DNA of 29,913 nucleotides, from positions 1 through 29,913 of IMG/VR virus record IMGVR_UViG_3300025108_000251; one strand, given 5' to 3'. The stretch's first letter is position 1; every line of letters begins with the position of its first letter. The position numbers were made by a program, and so were the translations under genes. The notes below the pieces were generated by a model. It was not told where the DNA came from and made no database searches. It was given only the letters and a program-made list of their open reading frames with translations. The DNA comes from a virus. Lineage: Duplodnaviria > Caudoviricetes. This document shows positions 16,609-24,557 of this stretch, piece by piece.

Positions 16609-17144
16609 TCTTCCTCAACCCCCATCATAGGCTCCCCATGTCCGGTAGCCTCGTCGACGAAGTGCTTGAGACCGAACAGCCACATACCTTCCCTCACGCC
16701 GCCGACCAATTGCATGAACTCGTCGCTTGTGATTTGCTTGTCTTGTGGTGTGTGTCGGACACGGACGATTGAAGGACCGACGATGCGTTCCCCATCGTCA
16801 AGGTCTTGTTCTCGTACCGTAGTGCCGAAGGCTGCGAAAGAGGCTACCGCATTGGTATGGAAGTCACTACGAAGTAGTCCTTCTTCGTTGACAATGATTT
16901 CACGGACTTCGCAAAGGGAACTTGAGCCGCTTCGCATGGCTGTGTCGTTGTAGGCATTCACAGGTACAGGCAGGACTTTGTCGCCTTTCATGGCGTTGCG
17001 AGGGACATATTCGATGTACCCGTCAACCGCTTCTTGCATTTCTTTCAGTGTCGGTTTTTTGGCCCAAATATGCTCAATCGCACCAGTTCTGCCGATATGC
17101 ACCCATAGGTCTTTGCTCTCAATTTTCTTATCTTCTTGCATCAT
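16605..17144 (-). CDS. DUF3846-like phage protein
   Basis: TLKEMQEAVDGYIEYV, IVNEEG, N.VAS and IVGP motifs; ATG 17144 via ATGA overlap. Confidence 0.75.
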   Translation of the reverse strand: MMQEDKKIESKDLWVHIGRTGAIEHIWAKKPTLKEMQEAVDGYIEYVPRNAMKGDKVLPVPVNAYNDTAMRSGSSSLCEVREIIVNEEGLLRSDFHTNAVASFAAFGTTVREQDLDDGERIVGPSIVRVRHTPQDKQITSDEFMQLVGGVREGMWLFGLKHFVDEATGHGEPMMGVEEE

Positions 17145-17353
17145 TTCACTCTCCTTTTCTGCGTAGGTGTTTTCAGTGTACCTACATACCACCTGCTGTT
17201 TGTCTCAATTTCTGCGACTGCTTCTTGAAGCACTTTGTTCCATGCTCCCATGTTTTGCGTACCGTACTCTTGGTCGATAGCACACAGGTCTTCAATCATC
17301 TGCGAGGCTACCAGTAGTGCCTTCTGCACTTTTGCGAATTTGTATTCCTTCAT
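17141..17353 (-). CDS. Hypothetical protein
   Basis: Coupled ORF with a GGAG SD. Confidence 0.65.
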   Translation of the reverse strand: MKEYKFAKVQKALLVASQMIEDLCAIDQEYGTQNMGAWNKVLQEAVAEIETNSRWYVGTLKTPTQKRRVK

Positions 17354-17571
17354 GCTTTCTCCTCCTCAATGTAATTGAGCAGAATCAGTAACTTGTCCGA
17401 GGAACATGACCACAGGAAGTAGAGCGGGTTTGAGTAGAAGACAGCCCACTTGCGTTCTGCATAGTCGTCTGTGGAGTTCGGGAATAGCAATTCCACGAAG
17501 CCGAACTTGGTAAGCCGGTTGAGGTACTTGAGGTCTTCAAGCACTTGTGTAAATGAGTCGAAGTCCATCAT
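17350..17571 (-). CDS. Hypothetical protein
   Basis: ATG 17571 via TAATG overlap. Confidence 0.65.
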   Translation of the reverse strand: MMDFDSFTQVLEDLKYLNRLTKFGFVELLFPNSTDDYAERKWAVFYSNPLYFLWSCSSDKLLILLNYIEEEKA

Positions 17572-17726
17572 TAGCAATCACACTCCCTGTACCATTCGCC
17601 GCATACACAAGTCATAATCATGGCGAGGTTGTGTGCCTGTTGCAGGCTCCTTCGTACCTCGATGGGTATGTCGTCCGGTGAACTAAGAATTTGTCGCAAC
17701 AAGAACCTCGTATCGTATGACCTCAT
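17571..17726 (-). CDS. Small protein with C-terminal CxC...CxC (51 aa, not in ORF track)
   Basis: MRSYDTRFLLRQIL...CVCGEWYRECDC; TGATG and TAATG overlaps. Confidence 0.65.
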   Translation of the reverse strand: MRSYDTRFLLRQILSSPDDIPIEVRRSLQQAHNLAMIMTCVCGEWYRECDC

Positions 17727-18385
17727 CAAGCATACCCCCTAAGTGGGTCGTCGTCGTTCTCATCCGAGTCGATGTCAATGTCGTCTTTGTCGCCGTTCAC
17801 TTCGACTGACTTCTTGTTGAGGAATTCTTGCACATCACCTGTCCTCATGGAGGCTTCGTCTTGCAGAATTGCTCCCCCGCTCATCCTTCCGTCCATGCTG
17901 TCTACATACATTCGTAGGAGAGGGTGAGCATTGGTAGCGTCGATTGCGAAACCATTCCCATCGTCGGAAAGGAAGACCACATCGGGTTGAGCGGCCATAG
18001 CCGCAGTCCGTACACAGTGGAACAAGTGCTTGCTTCGTCGAGCATTTCGCAATTCATCATCTTCGTTTTCGAGGTCGATGGCTTGTGTGATTGTGAGGGC
18101 ATCGGGGAAGTAGGCTTCCTCGGTTACTCGTTGCACAATCGCAATGTGTTCAAAGAACTGCACGAACTCTTGGGAGTCATGTCCGTGAGAATGGAGCAAT
18201 TGGGTCCACATCAAGTTCCCCAAGTGCATCTTAATCACTTCGTCCTTCTCCATGTTCGCAAACACAGGGCTTCCATCGTCATTCACGAATCCTACATCGG
18301 TGTCTATCACATATCCACCTTGCAGTACCATACCTGCATAGAATTCGCTTGCATCATTCATCATCTTTTCATAGTTGTCGGTCAT
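17726..18385 (-). CDS. Acidic hypothetical protein with a disordered tail ending GYA
   Basis: 219 aa; GGAGG SD; class B motif upstream; tail DDIDIDSDENDDDPLRGYA. Confidence 0.8.
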   Translation of the reverse strand: MTDNYEKMMNDASEFYAGMVLQGGYVIDTDVGFVNDDGSPVFANMEKDEVIKMHLGNLMWTQLLHSHGHDSQEFVQFFEHIAIVQRVTEEAYFPDALTITQAIDLENEDDELRNARRSKHLFHCVRTAAMAAQPDVVFLSDDGNGFAIDATNAHPLLRMYVDSMDGRMSGGAILQDEASMRTGDVQEFLNKKSVEVNGDKDDIDIDSDENDDDPLRGYA

Positions 18386-18406
18386 TTGTATTCCTCCGTT
18401 TTCATT

Positions 18407-18434
18407 CCTCTTAAGGGGGGGTCGCCCTATATTA
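18407..18434 (-). promoter_or_regulatory. Class B promoter-like motif (TAATATAGGGCGACCCCCCCTTAAGAGG)
   Basis: One of four related copies in the early region; intergenic. Confidence 0.7.
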
Positions 18435-18962
18435 CTGTTCCTCCGAATATGGGCCTGCTTTCAATTTCTTCATAGCCTCATCGTAGTCCCGTTGCTTGAT
18501 TATTCCTGCTTGCAGGTATCTTGCGAGAGCAGACTCAATGTCCACTGTCCACCTGTATGCTGAACGCATACCGTGAATTTGGAAAATCATAGATTCGTAG
18601 TCCTTTGCGTAGTCTTCGGTCCAACCGTTGACCTTCTTGAGTTGGTCTCGGACCTTGCGAGCCATGCCTACTCGGAGGCTACGACCATAGTGCTTGGTGC
18701 AGTGACACAACGGGCATAGTGCTTGAACACCTACCAAGGTCTGCACCTTGCGAACATCATCGTACTCCCATACTTCGTGGCATTCCACTGCATGAGTGCG
18801 ACCTTGGTTGAGACCGGAGTCTCCGCATATATCGCAGACATTTCTTGCTTCTCCGTAAGACCAACGGCGAAGGCGATTCCATCCGGACGGCGGCAGTAGG
18901 GAGCGCAGATTCGCACCCCATGTGCCGGTCGGAACGAGTTCGGCTGTAAGGCGGGAAATCAA
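18432..18962 (-). CDS. HNH endonuclease-family protein
   Basis: ELVP...NLRS...CDICG...ECHEVWEYDD...ALCPLCHCTKH. Confidence 0.85.
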   Translation of the reverse strand: MISRLTAELVPTGTWGANLRSLLPPSGWNRLRRWSYGEARNVCDICGDSGLNQGRTHAVECHEVWEYDDVRKVQTLVGVQALCPLCHCTKHYGRSLRVGMARKVRDQLKKVNGWTEDYAKDYESMIFQIHGMRSAYRWTVDIESALARYLQAGIIKQRDYDEAMKKLKAGPYSEEQ

Positions 18963-19438
18963 AGTAAGTCCCCCAAAGCGTCTTGGAGTTGCGACTTGAT
19001 GCTCTCCATGTCGACTTCCGTTTGAATCTTAGTCCCTTCCGTTTGAATGTTCGACATAATCGCTCGGTCTTGATTTTGCAAAACCGTAGGTTTGCGAGCG
19101 ACCATTGATGCTCGCTGGTGAGGCTGGTATCTTTGGGTAGCCATCCACAGGGGAGCATGAGAGGCATGGTCACAGACGAAGAGGCCGCTTCGACGGAAGT
19201 TCTTCATCGTGCTGTTGCAGATAGGGCAGGCCGAGGGTGTGGTCGTCAAGTCTGTCTCACAGCGCACTTCTGCCACTCCTCCGTAGGGAGTCCGGCAAAT
19301 GGCCGACACATCGTTAGCGTCGTTGACGCATTGGTATCTTATCACTTCATATCCTTTCATCACTTCGGGCAACATCAGTCTTCTAAGGGGGGTTTCCTCT
19401 ATATCAATCATTCTCTCTCTTCCGTTCATTTTATTCAT
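18959..19438 (-). CDS. Zn-ribbon hypothetical protein (start uncertain: 19438, 19375 or 19360)
   Basis: CPIC...FVCDH; an internal class B motif favours a start at or below 19375. Confidence 0.65.
   Translation of the reverse strand: MNKMNGRERMIDIEETPLRRLMLPEVMKGYEVIRYQCVNDANDVSAICRTPYGGVAEVRCETDLTTTPSACPICNSTMKNFRRSGLFVCDHASHAPLWMATQRYQPHQRASMVARKPTVLQNQDRAIMSNIQTEGTKIQTEVDMESIKSQLQDALGDLL
19380..19408 (-). promoter_or_regulatory. Class B promoter-like motif (ATTGATATAGAGGAAACCCCCCTTAGAAG)
   Basis: Motif copy; the AT element is about 30 nt upstream of an in-frame ATG at 19375. Confidence 0.65.
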
Positions 19439-19994
19439 CTCCAACTTTTGCAAGCCACCATGCGGGGGCATCTCTTCCTTTTTTCCATTCTGCGAAACCT
19501 TTCTTGTCTCGGAAATAGAATTCTCTTGCGGCTTCTATGTCGTCTTCCCATTCTAACAGGTCTTCATTGAGACCTTGCGACTGCTTGAAGCAACGCTCAA
19601 AAATCATTTCGTGCTTATATTCGCCGCACTCGTCTGTGTGGGGTATGTATTGCGCCCATACACACCAAGTTCCGAGTTGAACAAGTTGCGATTCCACCAA
19701 ATGTTCTTTCCCGTATCTATACTTGAATTCGTGGCATAGCCATAAGACATGGTCTTTCAACCACGAGAAATTTTCATGTGATTCTGCGACCCAAAACACT
19801 ACGGGGTGGTTACGATAACCTCCCTTGTGAGGCTGACCGAGGCTGGTGCGGGGTGCGTGTTCCGGAGGTGCGCCGCATTTCAGCAAGGCTGAAACAAGGC
19901 ACTGCATTCCTTCGACGCACATTTTGTTGATGTGCTTGTCGCACATCATTTGGGCCGCAAAGCGAGGGTTTCTGTCGAGCGTGAAGATGTTCAT
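19431..19994 (-). CDS. Pyrimidine-dimer DNA glycosylase / endonuclease V (DenV)-like protein
   Basis: MNIFTLD..P..AA...CDKH..KM..E..Q.L, Y.NHP...W and YRYGKEH family signature. Confidence 0.85.
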   Translation of the reverse strand: MNIFTLDRNPRFAAQMMCDKHINKMCVEGMQCLVSALLKCGAPPEHAPRTSLGQPHKGGYRNHPVVFWVAESHENFSWLKDHVLWLCHEFKYRYGKEHLVESQLVQLGTWCVWAQYIPHTDECGEYKHEMIFERCFKQSQGLNEDLLEWEDDIEAAREFYFRDKKGFAEWKKGRDAPAWWLAKVGDE

Positions 19995-20167
19995 TCCTCT
20001 TCTTCCTCCGGAACTTCGCAAGCCTTCAAGAACCTCGCTCTATCGAACTCCTTTGGGTACAGTTCTTCGCACATCGTAGCCCAACCGTAGGCTACATGAA
20101 TGCGCTCCTTGTATGCGGGGAACATTCGGATGGCTTCTGCGATACTGTCGAAATTGTCACTATTCAT
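19991..20167 (-). CDS. Small phage protein
   Basis: FDRARFLKAC motif; ATGA overlaps. Confidence 0.7.
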   Translation of the reverse strand: MNSDNFDSIAEAIRMFPAYKERIHVAYGWATMCEELYPKEFDRARFLKACEVPEEEEE

Positions 20168-20307
20168 GCCTCGTCCTCCTTGATTTCTCCACATTTCTTG
20201 CAGGTATATTCAATCACGCGTTCTTCAACGAAAGTCGCATCAGCACCATAACCATCCCAATAAACATCAGTATATTCGTCGGTCTTTTGCCATTCGTGTT
20301 CGCACAT
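20164..20307 (-). CDS. Small Zn-ribbon protein
   Basis: MCEHEW...YTCKKCGEIK; GGAGGAG SD. Confidence 0.7.
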   Translation of the reverse strand: MCEHEWQKTDEYTDVYWDGYGADATFVEERVIEYTCKKCGEIKEDEA

Positions 20308-20309
20308 TT

Positions 20310-20543
20310 TCACTCCTCCCATCCCGACATGAGGTCGTACTGAACTCGCAAGAAGTGTGCTTGGGCAAGGCACTCGGCTTTGGATGTACCCATTCTGTGA
20401 GCAATGACAAGACTGTTGCATGAATCGCAGGCTCGGCCTTCAGCGAGAGGAGCGGCGTTGTGGCCGTCCTTCCAGTAAATCTCCCCGTTGGGGAGACGGT
20501 GAGCGTGTAGTGGCTGACCACAGATGCTACATTCGCCGCTCAT
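20310..20543 (-). CDS. Small Zn-finger phage protein
   Basis: CSICG...GHNAAPL.EGRACDSCN. Confidence 0.75.
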   Translation of the reverse strand: MSGECSICGQPLHAHRLPNGEIYWKDGHNAAPLAEGRACDSCNSLVIAHRMGTSKAECLAQAHFLRVQYDLMSGWEE

Positions 20544-20962
20544 GCAACCACCTCTTCTGTCTCCGTCAATGTGATTCTTCGCAAATCATTTTCGTTGAGC
20601 AGGGCTTGAACCAAGGAGCCGACATCGCTTTCGTGTACGATTGTCTCGTAATCGAAGGTATGTCCGACTGCCTTTATTCGGTAGGTCTTGCGATTGCCGT
20701 CGTCCTCTTTTGGCAAGTCTCCCACTGGGTCTGCCTCGACGCTTCCGTCTTCAAGCAATTCAAGTGAGTGCATTTGTCCGTCGATGTATGCGTAGTTGTA
20801 GCATGAGCCGGAGTTGCCGACTTGAGTCCAAGAGTCTTCATCAGCAAGCCAAGCAACGCTTGATGTGTCCATCAGCGTAGCCACTTGGTCGTCTGTGAGG
20901 TACAGGGGCCACTTCTTCACTTCATGCAATCCGTCTTCGTCTTTTCGTGTGTCAATCATCAT
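20540..20962 (-). CDS. Acidic hypothetical protein
   Basis: 140 aa; coupled; downstream of a class B motif. Confidence 0.75.
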   Translation of the reverse strand: MMIDTRKDEDGLHEVKKWPLYLTDDQVATLMDTSSVAWLADEDSWTQVGNSGSCYNYAYIDGQMHSLELLEDGSVEADPVGDLPKEDDGNRKTYRIKAVGHTFDYETIVHESDVGSLVQALLNENDLRRITLTETEEVVA

Positions 20963-21192
20963 TCTTCATCATCTCCGTTTTCGTTTGGTTGTTCTCGACC
21001 TCTAAAGGGGGCCGACCCTATATCAATGTTCCACAGAATCTCTTCTTCTGCGTCGAGGTATGTGCCTGCGACTGCACCCTCATGTGTGAGGTACAGTCTC
21101 GCTATGCGTCCATCCGGCATAGTCGCGACTGTCGTCGCAACTATCGGTTCCCAAATCCCTTCGGGACTTAGCAAACAATCGTACTGCATCAC
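20959..21192 (-). CDS. Acidic hypothetical protein
   Basis: Coupled ORF. Confidence 0.65.
   Translation of the reverse strand: MMQYDCLLSPEGIWEPIVATTVATMPDGRIARLYLTHEGAVAGTYLDAEEEILWNIDIGSAPFRGREQPNENGDDEE
20999..21027 (-). promoter_or_regulatory. Class B promoter-like motif (ATTGATATAGGGTCGGCCCCCTTTAGAGG)
   Basis: Motif copy embedded in the 3' end of the upstream ORF. Confidence 0.7.
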
Positions 21193-21692
21193 TCTTCCTC
21201 ATCCTCCCAACATTCGCATTCAAAGCATCGGTAGCATCCACCGCACATACCGTTGTCGCACCATTCTTCGTCTGTCTCTTCAATCATGGAATCGCAGCCG
21301 GGGCATGGCATAACGGTCTTGTCGGGGCGGTCGTTGAGGTACACAACTCCGTCTGCTGTATAGAAGTCCGGTTCATCTGCGAAAATCATGCCGTGTCGGG
21401 AAGGGTCGCAGTCGTAGTGACCGGCTAATTTTTCGAGGTCAATCTTGCAATAAATACCTGCGTCGACCCAAAATGAGTTCTCTCCGTTCAAAGTTCGCAG
21501 ACCATCGAACTCCCATACGCCGTCGCCGCCGTTCGTCCATAGCGTGATTTCTTGACCACGCCATTGAATGACGGAGTCAATGTGTCCTCCTTCCATCCTG
21601 TCGCCACCGACACCTGTGAGAGTCAATTCGCAGAACTCGGTCCAATCATCATCGGGGATGATGTAGCAGGGGTCGCCTACAAACCAAGTCAT
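21189..21692 (-). CDS. Acidic GDPCY-motif protein with Cys-rich C-terminus
   Basis: WFVGDPCY...T..GDG...VDAG.YC family pattern; ATG 21692 via ATGA overlap. Confidence 0.75.
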   Translation of the reverse strand: MTWFVGDPCYIIPDDDWTEFCELTLTGVGGDRMEGGHIDSVIQWRGQEITLWTNGGDGVWEFDGLRTLNGENSFWVDAGIYCKIDLEKLAGHYDCDPSRHGMIFADEPDFYTADGVVYLNDRPDKTVMPCPGCDSMIEETDEEWCDNGMCGGCYRCFECECWEDEEE

Positions 21693-21928
21693 TCGTCCAC
21701 CTCCTCTTGGTCTTCCCAATCGCAGAAGTCTTCTTTGTCGGGGTCGTATTCGCCCTGCGCCTCAAGTTCGGAGAGCCAATCGTTGAGACCTACTTGGTAG
21801 GCAATCGGGTCATATACCTTGAGTAGGGCGGAGGGATGCGCCGAAGTTCCACAGAACTCGACCATAGGGAAGCAATCGTCGAGCATATCGTCGTATGCGT
21901 CGTAGATGTGTTGTGGGTAGTCGTTCAT
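21689..21928 (-). CDS. Very acidic small phage protein (DPIAY motif)
   Basis: 23 of 79 residues are Asp/Glu, with 2 Lys and no Arg; LLKVYDPIAYQVG. Confidence 0.75.
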   Translation of the reverse strand: MNDYPQHIYDAYDDMLDDCFPMVEFCGTSAHPSALLKVYDPIAYQVGLNDWLSELEAQGEYDPDKEDFCDWEDQEEVDE

Positions 21929-22353
21929 TCGTCCACCTCCATGCCGAGAGCATCAGCAAGAAGTCTCTTGACTTCTGCTTGCGACATTTGCTTTGAGGGT
22001 TTGCGCTCTCCCATGCTTCGGGGCGCATCCTTGATGTGAGACAAGTTCGGACGGCTTGCCGTAGTCAAGTTGCGACTTTGCCTTCCAGTGCTGTTGCCGT
22101 AGGTGCGGCGAACCGGAGAGCGGAGCGGAGCCTTGTGTTTCTTGGCGGCGTTGATTGTCTTTTGCCTGTGAGCGTGTATCTTTGCATCATAGCGAGGGAG
22201 GTCGTGACCGAAGTGAGGGAGGAAGAAGTCCTCCATCTTTGCGACTTGACGGACCACGATGCACTTTTGCGTGTGGTCTCGGTACACCTCAAAGAGCCGG
22301 TAGCCGGTCCCGTCGATGCTCAAGTCAGCATAGCCGATGTGTTCTCCGTTCAT
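21925..22353 (-). CDS. Hypothetical protein with basic C-terminal half
   Basis: ATG 22353 via ATGA overlap; GGAGGTGG SD. Confidence 0.7.
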   Translation of the reverse strand: MNGEHIGYADLSIDGTGYRLFEVYRDHTQKCIVVRQVAKMEDFFLPHFGHDLPRYDAKIHAHRQKTINAAKKHKAPLRSPVRRTYGNSTGRQSRNLTTASRPNLSHIKDAPRSMGERKPSKQMSQAEVKRLLADALGMEVDE

Positions 22354-22655
22354 GCGACCACCTCCCAAGGTGTGCTTGTGTGTCGGTACATCGGCTTGTC
22401 AAGGTCGTAGACCTCGTACTTGCCAGTTGCCGCATTCCAAGCATAGACGACGCATTCTGCGACATCGGTCCTTGTCGCAAGGTCTTGGAGTTGGGCGATA
22501 ACTCCCGCAGGGTGCGTGACCTTGCAACGGAGCGTCACCTCGGTTTCAAGGGGCGGTGCATTTAGCAACCGGATTTCAATAGCGAACCACTCGCTCATGT
22601 GGGGGAGGTAGCCTCCGCCGTTCTCGTCTGTATTTGCTTTCATCGTCAATTTCAT
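22350..22655 (-). CDS. Hypothetical protein
   Basis: 101 aa; downstream of a class B motif. Confidence 0.7.
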   Translation of the reverse strand: MKLTMKANTDENGGGYLPHMSEWFAIEIRLLNAPPLETEVTLRCKVTHPAGVIAQLQDLATRTDVAECVVYAWNAATGKYEVYDLDKPMYRHTSTPWEVVA

Positions 22656-22921
22656 TTTTTCACTTCCGTTGTAGTCTCTATAAGGGGGGCATCCCCTTTA
22701 TCATGCTTTCTATAATTTTGAGCCGTAATTCTGCGGGTTTCTTCCGCGCCAAGATAGGTAAGGTATGAACGCTCAAACACACTATGCGAGACGCATCTGT
22801 GCTTGCCCGTCTGTATGTGTGCGAGTGTGACATACGCATCTGTGCATGATGCGATGGTGAAGCGAGCGTAGTCCTGCGGGTGCTGACCTACTGCGATTGC
22901 TGACAGGTGTATGTATTGCAT
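22652..22921 (-). CDS. Hypothetical protein
   Basis: Start trimmed to ATG 22921 (TGATG overlap, GGAGG SD). Confidence 0.65.
   Translation of the reverse strand: MQYIHLSAIAVGQHPQDYARFTIASCTDAYVTLAHIQTGKHRCVSHSVFERSYLTYLGAEETRRITAQNYRKHDKGDAPLIETTTEVKK
22675..22704 (-). promoter_or_regulatory. Class B promoter-like motif (ATGATAAAGGGGATGCCCCCCTTATAGAGA)
   Basis: Motif copy ending about 20 nt upstream of the ATG at 22655. Confidence 0.65.
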
Positions 22922-23391
22922 CAGTAGTGCCTCCTGCTTTGCTCGCATGATTCGCAAGATATACATTCGATGTGGTCGAGTTCGGTTCCGGGTACGGGGA
23001 CGCCTCGGTGCTTTTCGGGATAAGGTCGGGTTATGTGAGGCTCCGGTGAACAGTCTGCGTTTCCGCAGATATCGCAAGTGATTTCCCAACCGTCATAGTA
23101 CGCTTGGGCCTTGCCTGCTGTTCTTGCTCGCATGAAGTCTTCAAAGTCTGCTATGCAGATGGAGCAGGCTTTGAGGGCGAAGGTGCGGCTTCTATCATCG
23201 GGGATGATAACCGTAACCATGAACTTGCGAAGTTCGCCGACTTCGTCGCATTGAGGGCATAGGTGAGGCTTGCCAAATGCGGCTCTCGCCATGTGGTTAG
23301 GCCGTCGCTTGAACCTGCCTTGTCCGATGTCGGACTCAAGCAGGCTCTTGACGCTTTGCAAGTTGTACGGAAGTGCCTTACCCATCATCAC
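22921..23391 (-). CDS. Double Zn-ribbon protein
   Basis: CPQC...CSIC and CDIC...CISC. Confidence 0.75.
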   Translation of the reverse strand: MMMGKALPYNLQSVKSLLESDIGQGRFKRRPNHMARAAFGKPHLCPQCDEVGELRKFMVTVIIPDDRSRTFALKACSICIADFEDFMRARTAGKAQAYYDGWEITCDICGNADCSPEPHITRPYPEKHRGVPVPGTELDHIECISCESCEQSRRHY

Positions 23392-23609
23392 TCGTCACCT
23401 CCTACAAGGAGGTCGATGTCGCCGTTGCATTGAAGTCGCAAAGGTGTCTCGTCTCCCCATAGGGGAGTGAAGCAGTCGATGAATGCCTCGGCCCAATCCT
23501 CCGGATTTTCCGAGTACGGAGGGTGTGCCATGAAGCAGTATGTCTGCTTGTCTGTTTGCACCATCCACATGATGAGGAGGTCGCCTTCGGCGTTGCGATA
23601 TTCGCTCAT
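23388..23609 (-). CDS. Acidic hypothetical protein
   Basis: ATG 23609 via ATGA overlap. Confidence 0.65.
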   Translation of the reverse strand: MSEYRNAEGDLLIMWMVQTDKQTYCFMAHPPYSENPEDWAEAFIDCFTPLWGDETPLRLQCNGDIDLLVGGDE

Positions 23610-24520
23610 TGGGAGCCACCCCCAATCCACTTGGTCAAGGCATCCTTGACATCTGCGATTCCTGCCTTGATAGCGGCTTCAACGGAGTTCTGCCCTGTGC
23701 CGGTCTTCATTACATGGGCTTGCTCAAGGCCGATGACATCGCATAGTGCTTCTGCTTGTTCATCGGACAAGTTGACACTGCTCCCAAGACCACTGCCGGC
23801 GTTCCCTTGGGAAGCCCACATTGCGAAAATTCCGGAACGGAAGAACCATGCGGAGCCACCGGAAGCGGCGATAGCCTCGTTGGTGTGTTCGTCTGCCGCC
23901 TTGAGACGGACTGCGGCGAGGGCATTTTTTGAACCTGCATCGGCGTCTCGATAGCATCCTTTGGAGTAAGCATAGCCCCACACTTCGACGGCGAAGCCTG
24001 CTTGAGTGAGCAACTCCGAAGCGGCCAAGGCGACTGCTGTTCTTGCGAAAATCACATCAGCAGAAACAAATGCGTTTGCTCCGGTCGGAACGACCAATGC
24101 GACTGCTTCCACAGGAGCCAAGGACTTGCGAAAAGTTCGGCGGAACTTGGAGTCTCCTGCAAGGAGACGAGTGGCGTTGACTCGTCCTCGGCTATCGCTC
24201 CATTGGAGCATTCGCTTGAGTTGGTCGAGGTCGATTGTGTCTACCAACTCGGAGAGTTGATTGCGAGTGTTTTGAATGGACTTGTGGTCGTTCTCCACAT
24301 ATTCGCCCAATCGTTCTGCGACTTGGCGACGCTTGGTAATGCCTTGACCTGCAAGGTCTTTGCGACCAATCCAATCGAGGTCGGCTCCTACGGAGAGCGG
24401 GTCGTAACCCTTGAAGTCCGAAGGACCAAGTTGGCTGATGAAATCGGCGGCATCGGCCGGCGAGTATGCGACTTGACACATGGCGTCAAGGTCGGGACTG
24501 TGGAATGTCTGTGTGGTCAT
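23606..24520 (-). CDS. vWA/CobT-like partner of the MoxR ATPase (degenerate MIDAS)
   Basis: ATG 24520 with GGAGG SD; GRVNATRLLAG...FRR linker followed by a beta-alpha-beta unit (VALVV...ALAASELLTQAGFAVEVWG), typical of vWA partners; adjacent to the AAA+ gene. Confidence 0.6.
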   Translation of the reverse strand: MTTQTFHSPDLDAMCQVAYSPADAADFISQLGPSDFKGYDPLSVGADLDWIGRKDLAGQGITKRRQVAERLGEYVENDHKSIQNTRNQLSELVDTIDLDQLKRMLQWSDSRGRVNATRLLAGDSKFRRTFRKSLAPVEAVALVVPTGANAFVSADVIFARTAVALAASELLTQAGFAVEVWGYAYSKGCYRDADAGSKNALAAVRLKAADEHTNEAIAASGGSAWFFRSGIFAMWASQGNAGSGLGSSVNLSDEQAEALCDVIGLEQAHVMKTGTGQNSVEAAIKAGIADVKDALTKWIGGGSQ

Positions 24521-24557
24521 GTTGAATCCTCCATTTGCGAAAATCCCCGAAGGGGCT

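Noticed and set aside
8205-21928. Many proteins ending in EEE, EE or GDE
   Set aside because: Explained by GGAGG(A) Shine-Dalgarno sites of the next gene embedded in the last codons; not a protein motif.
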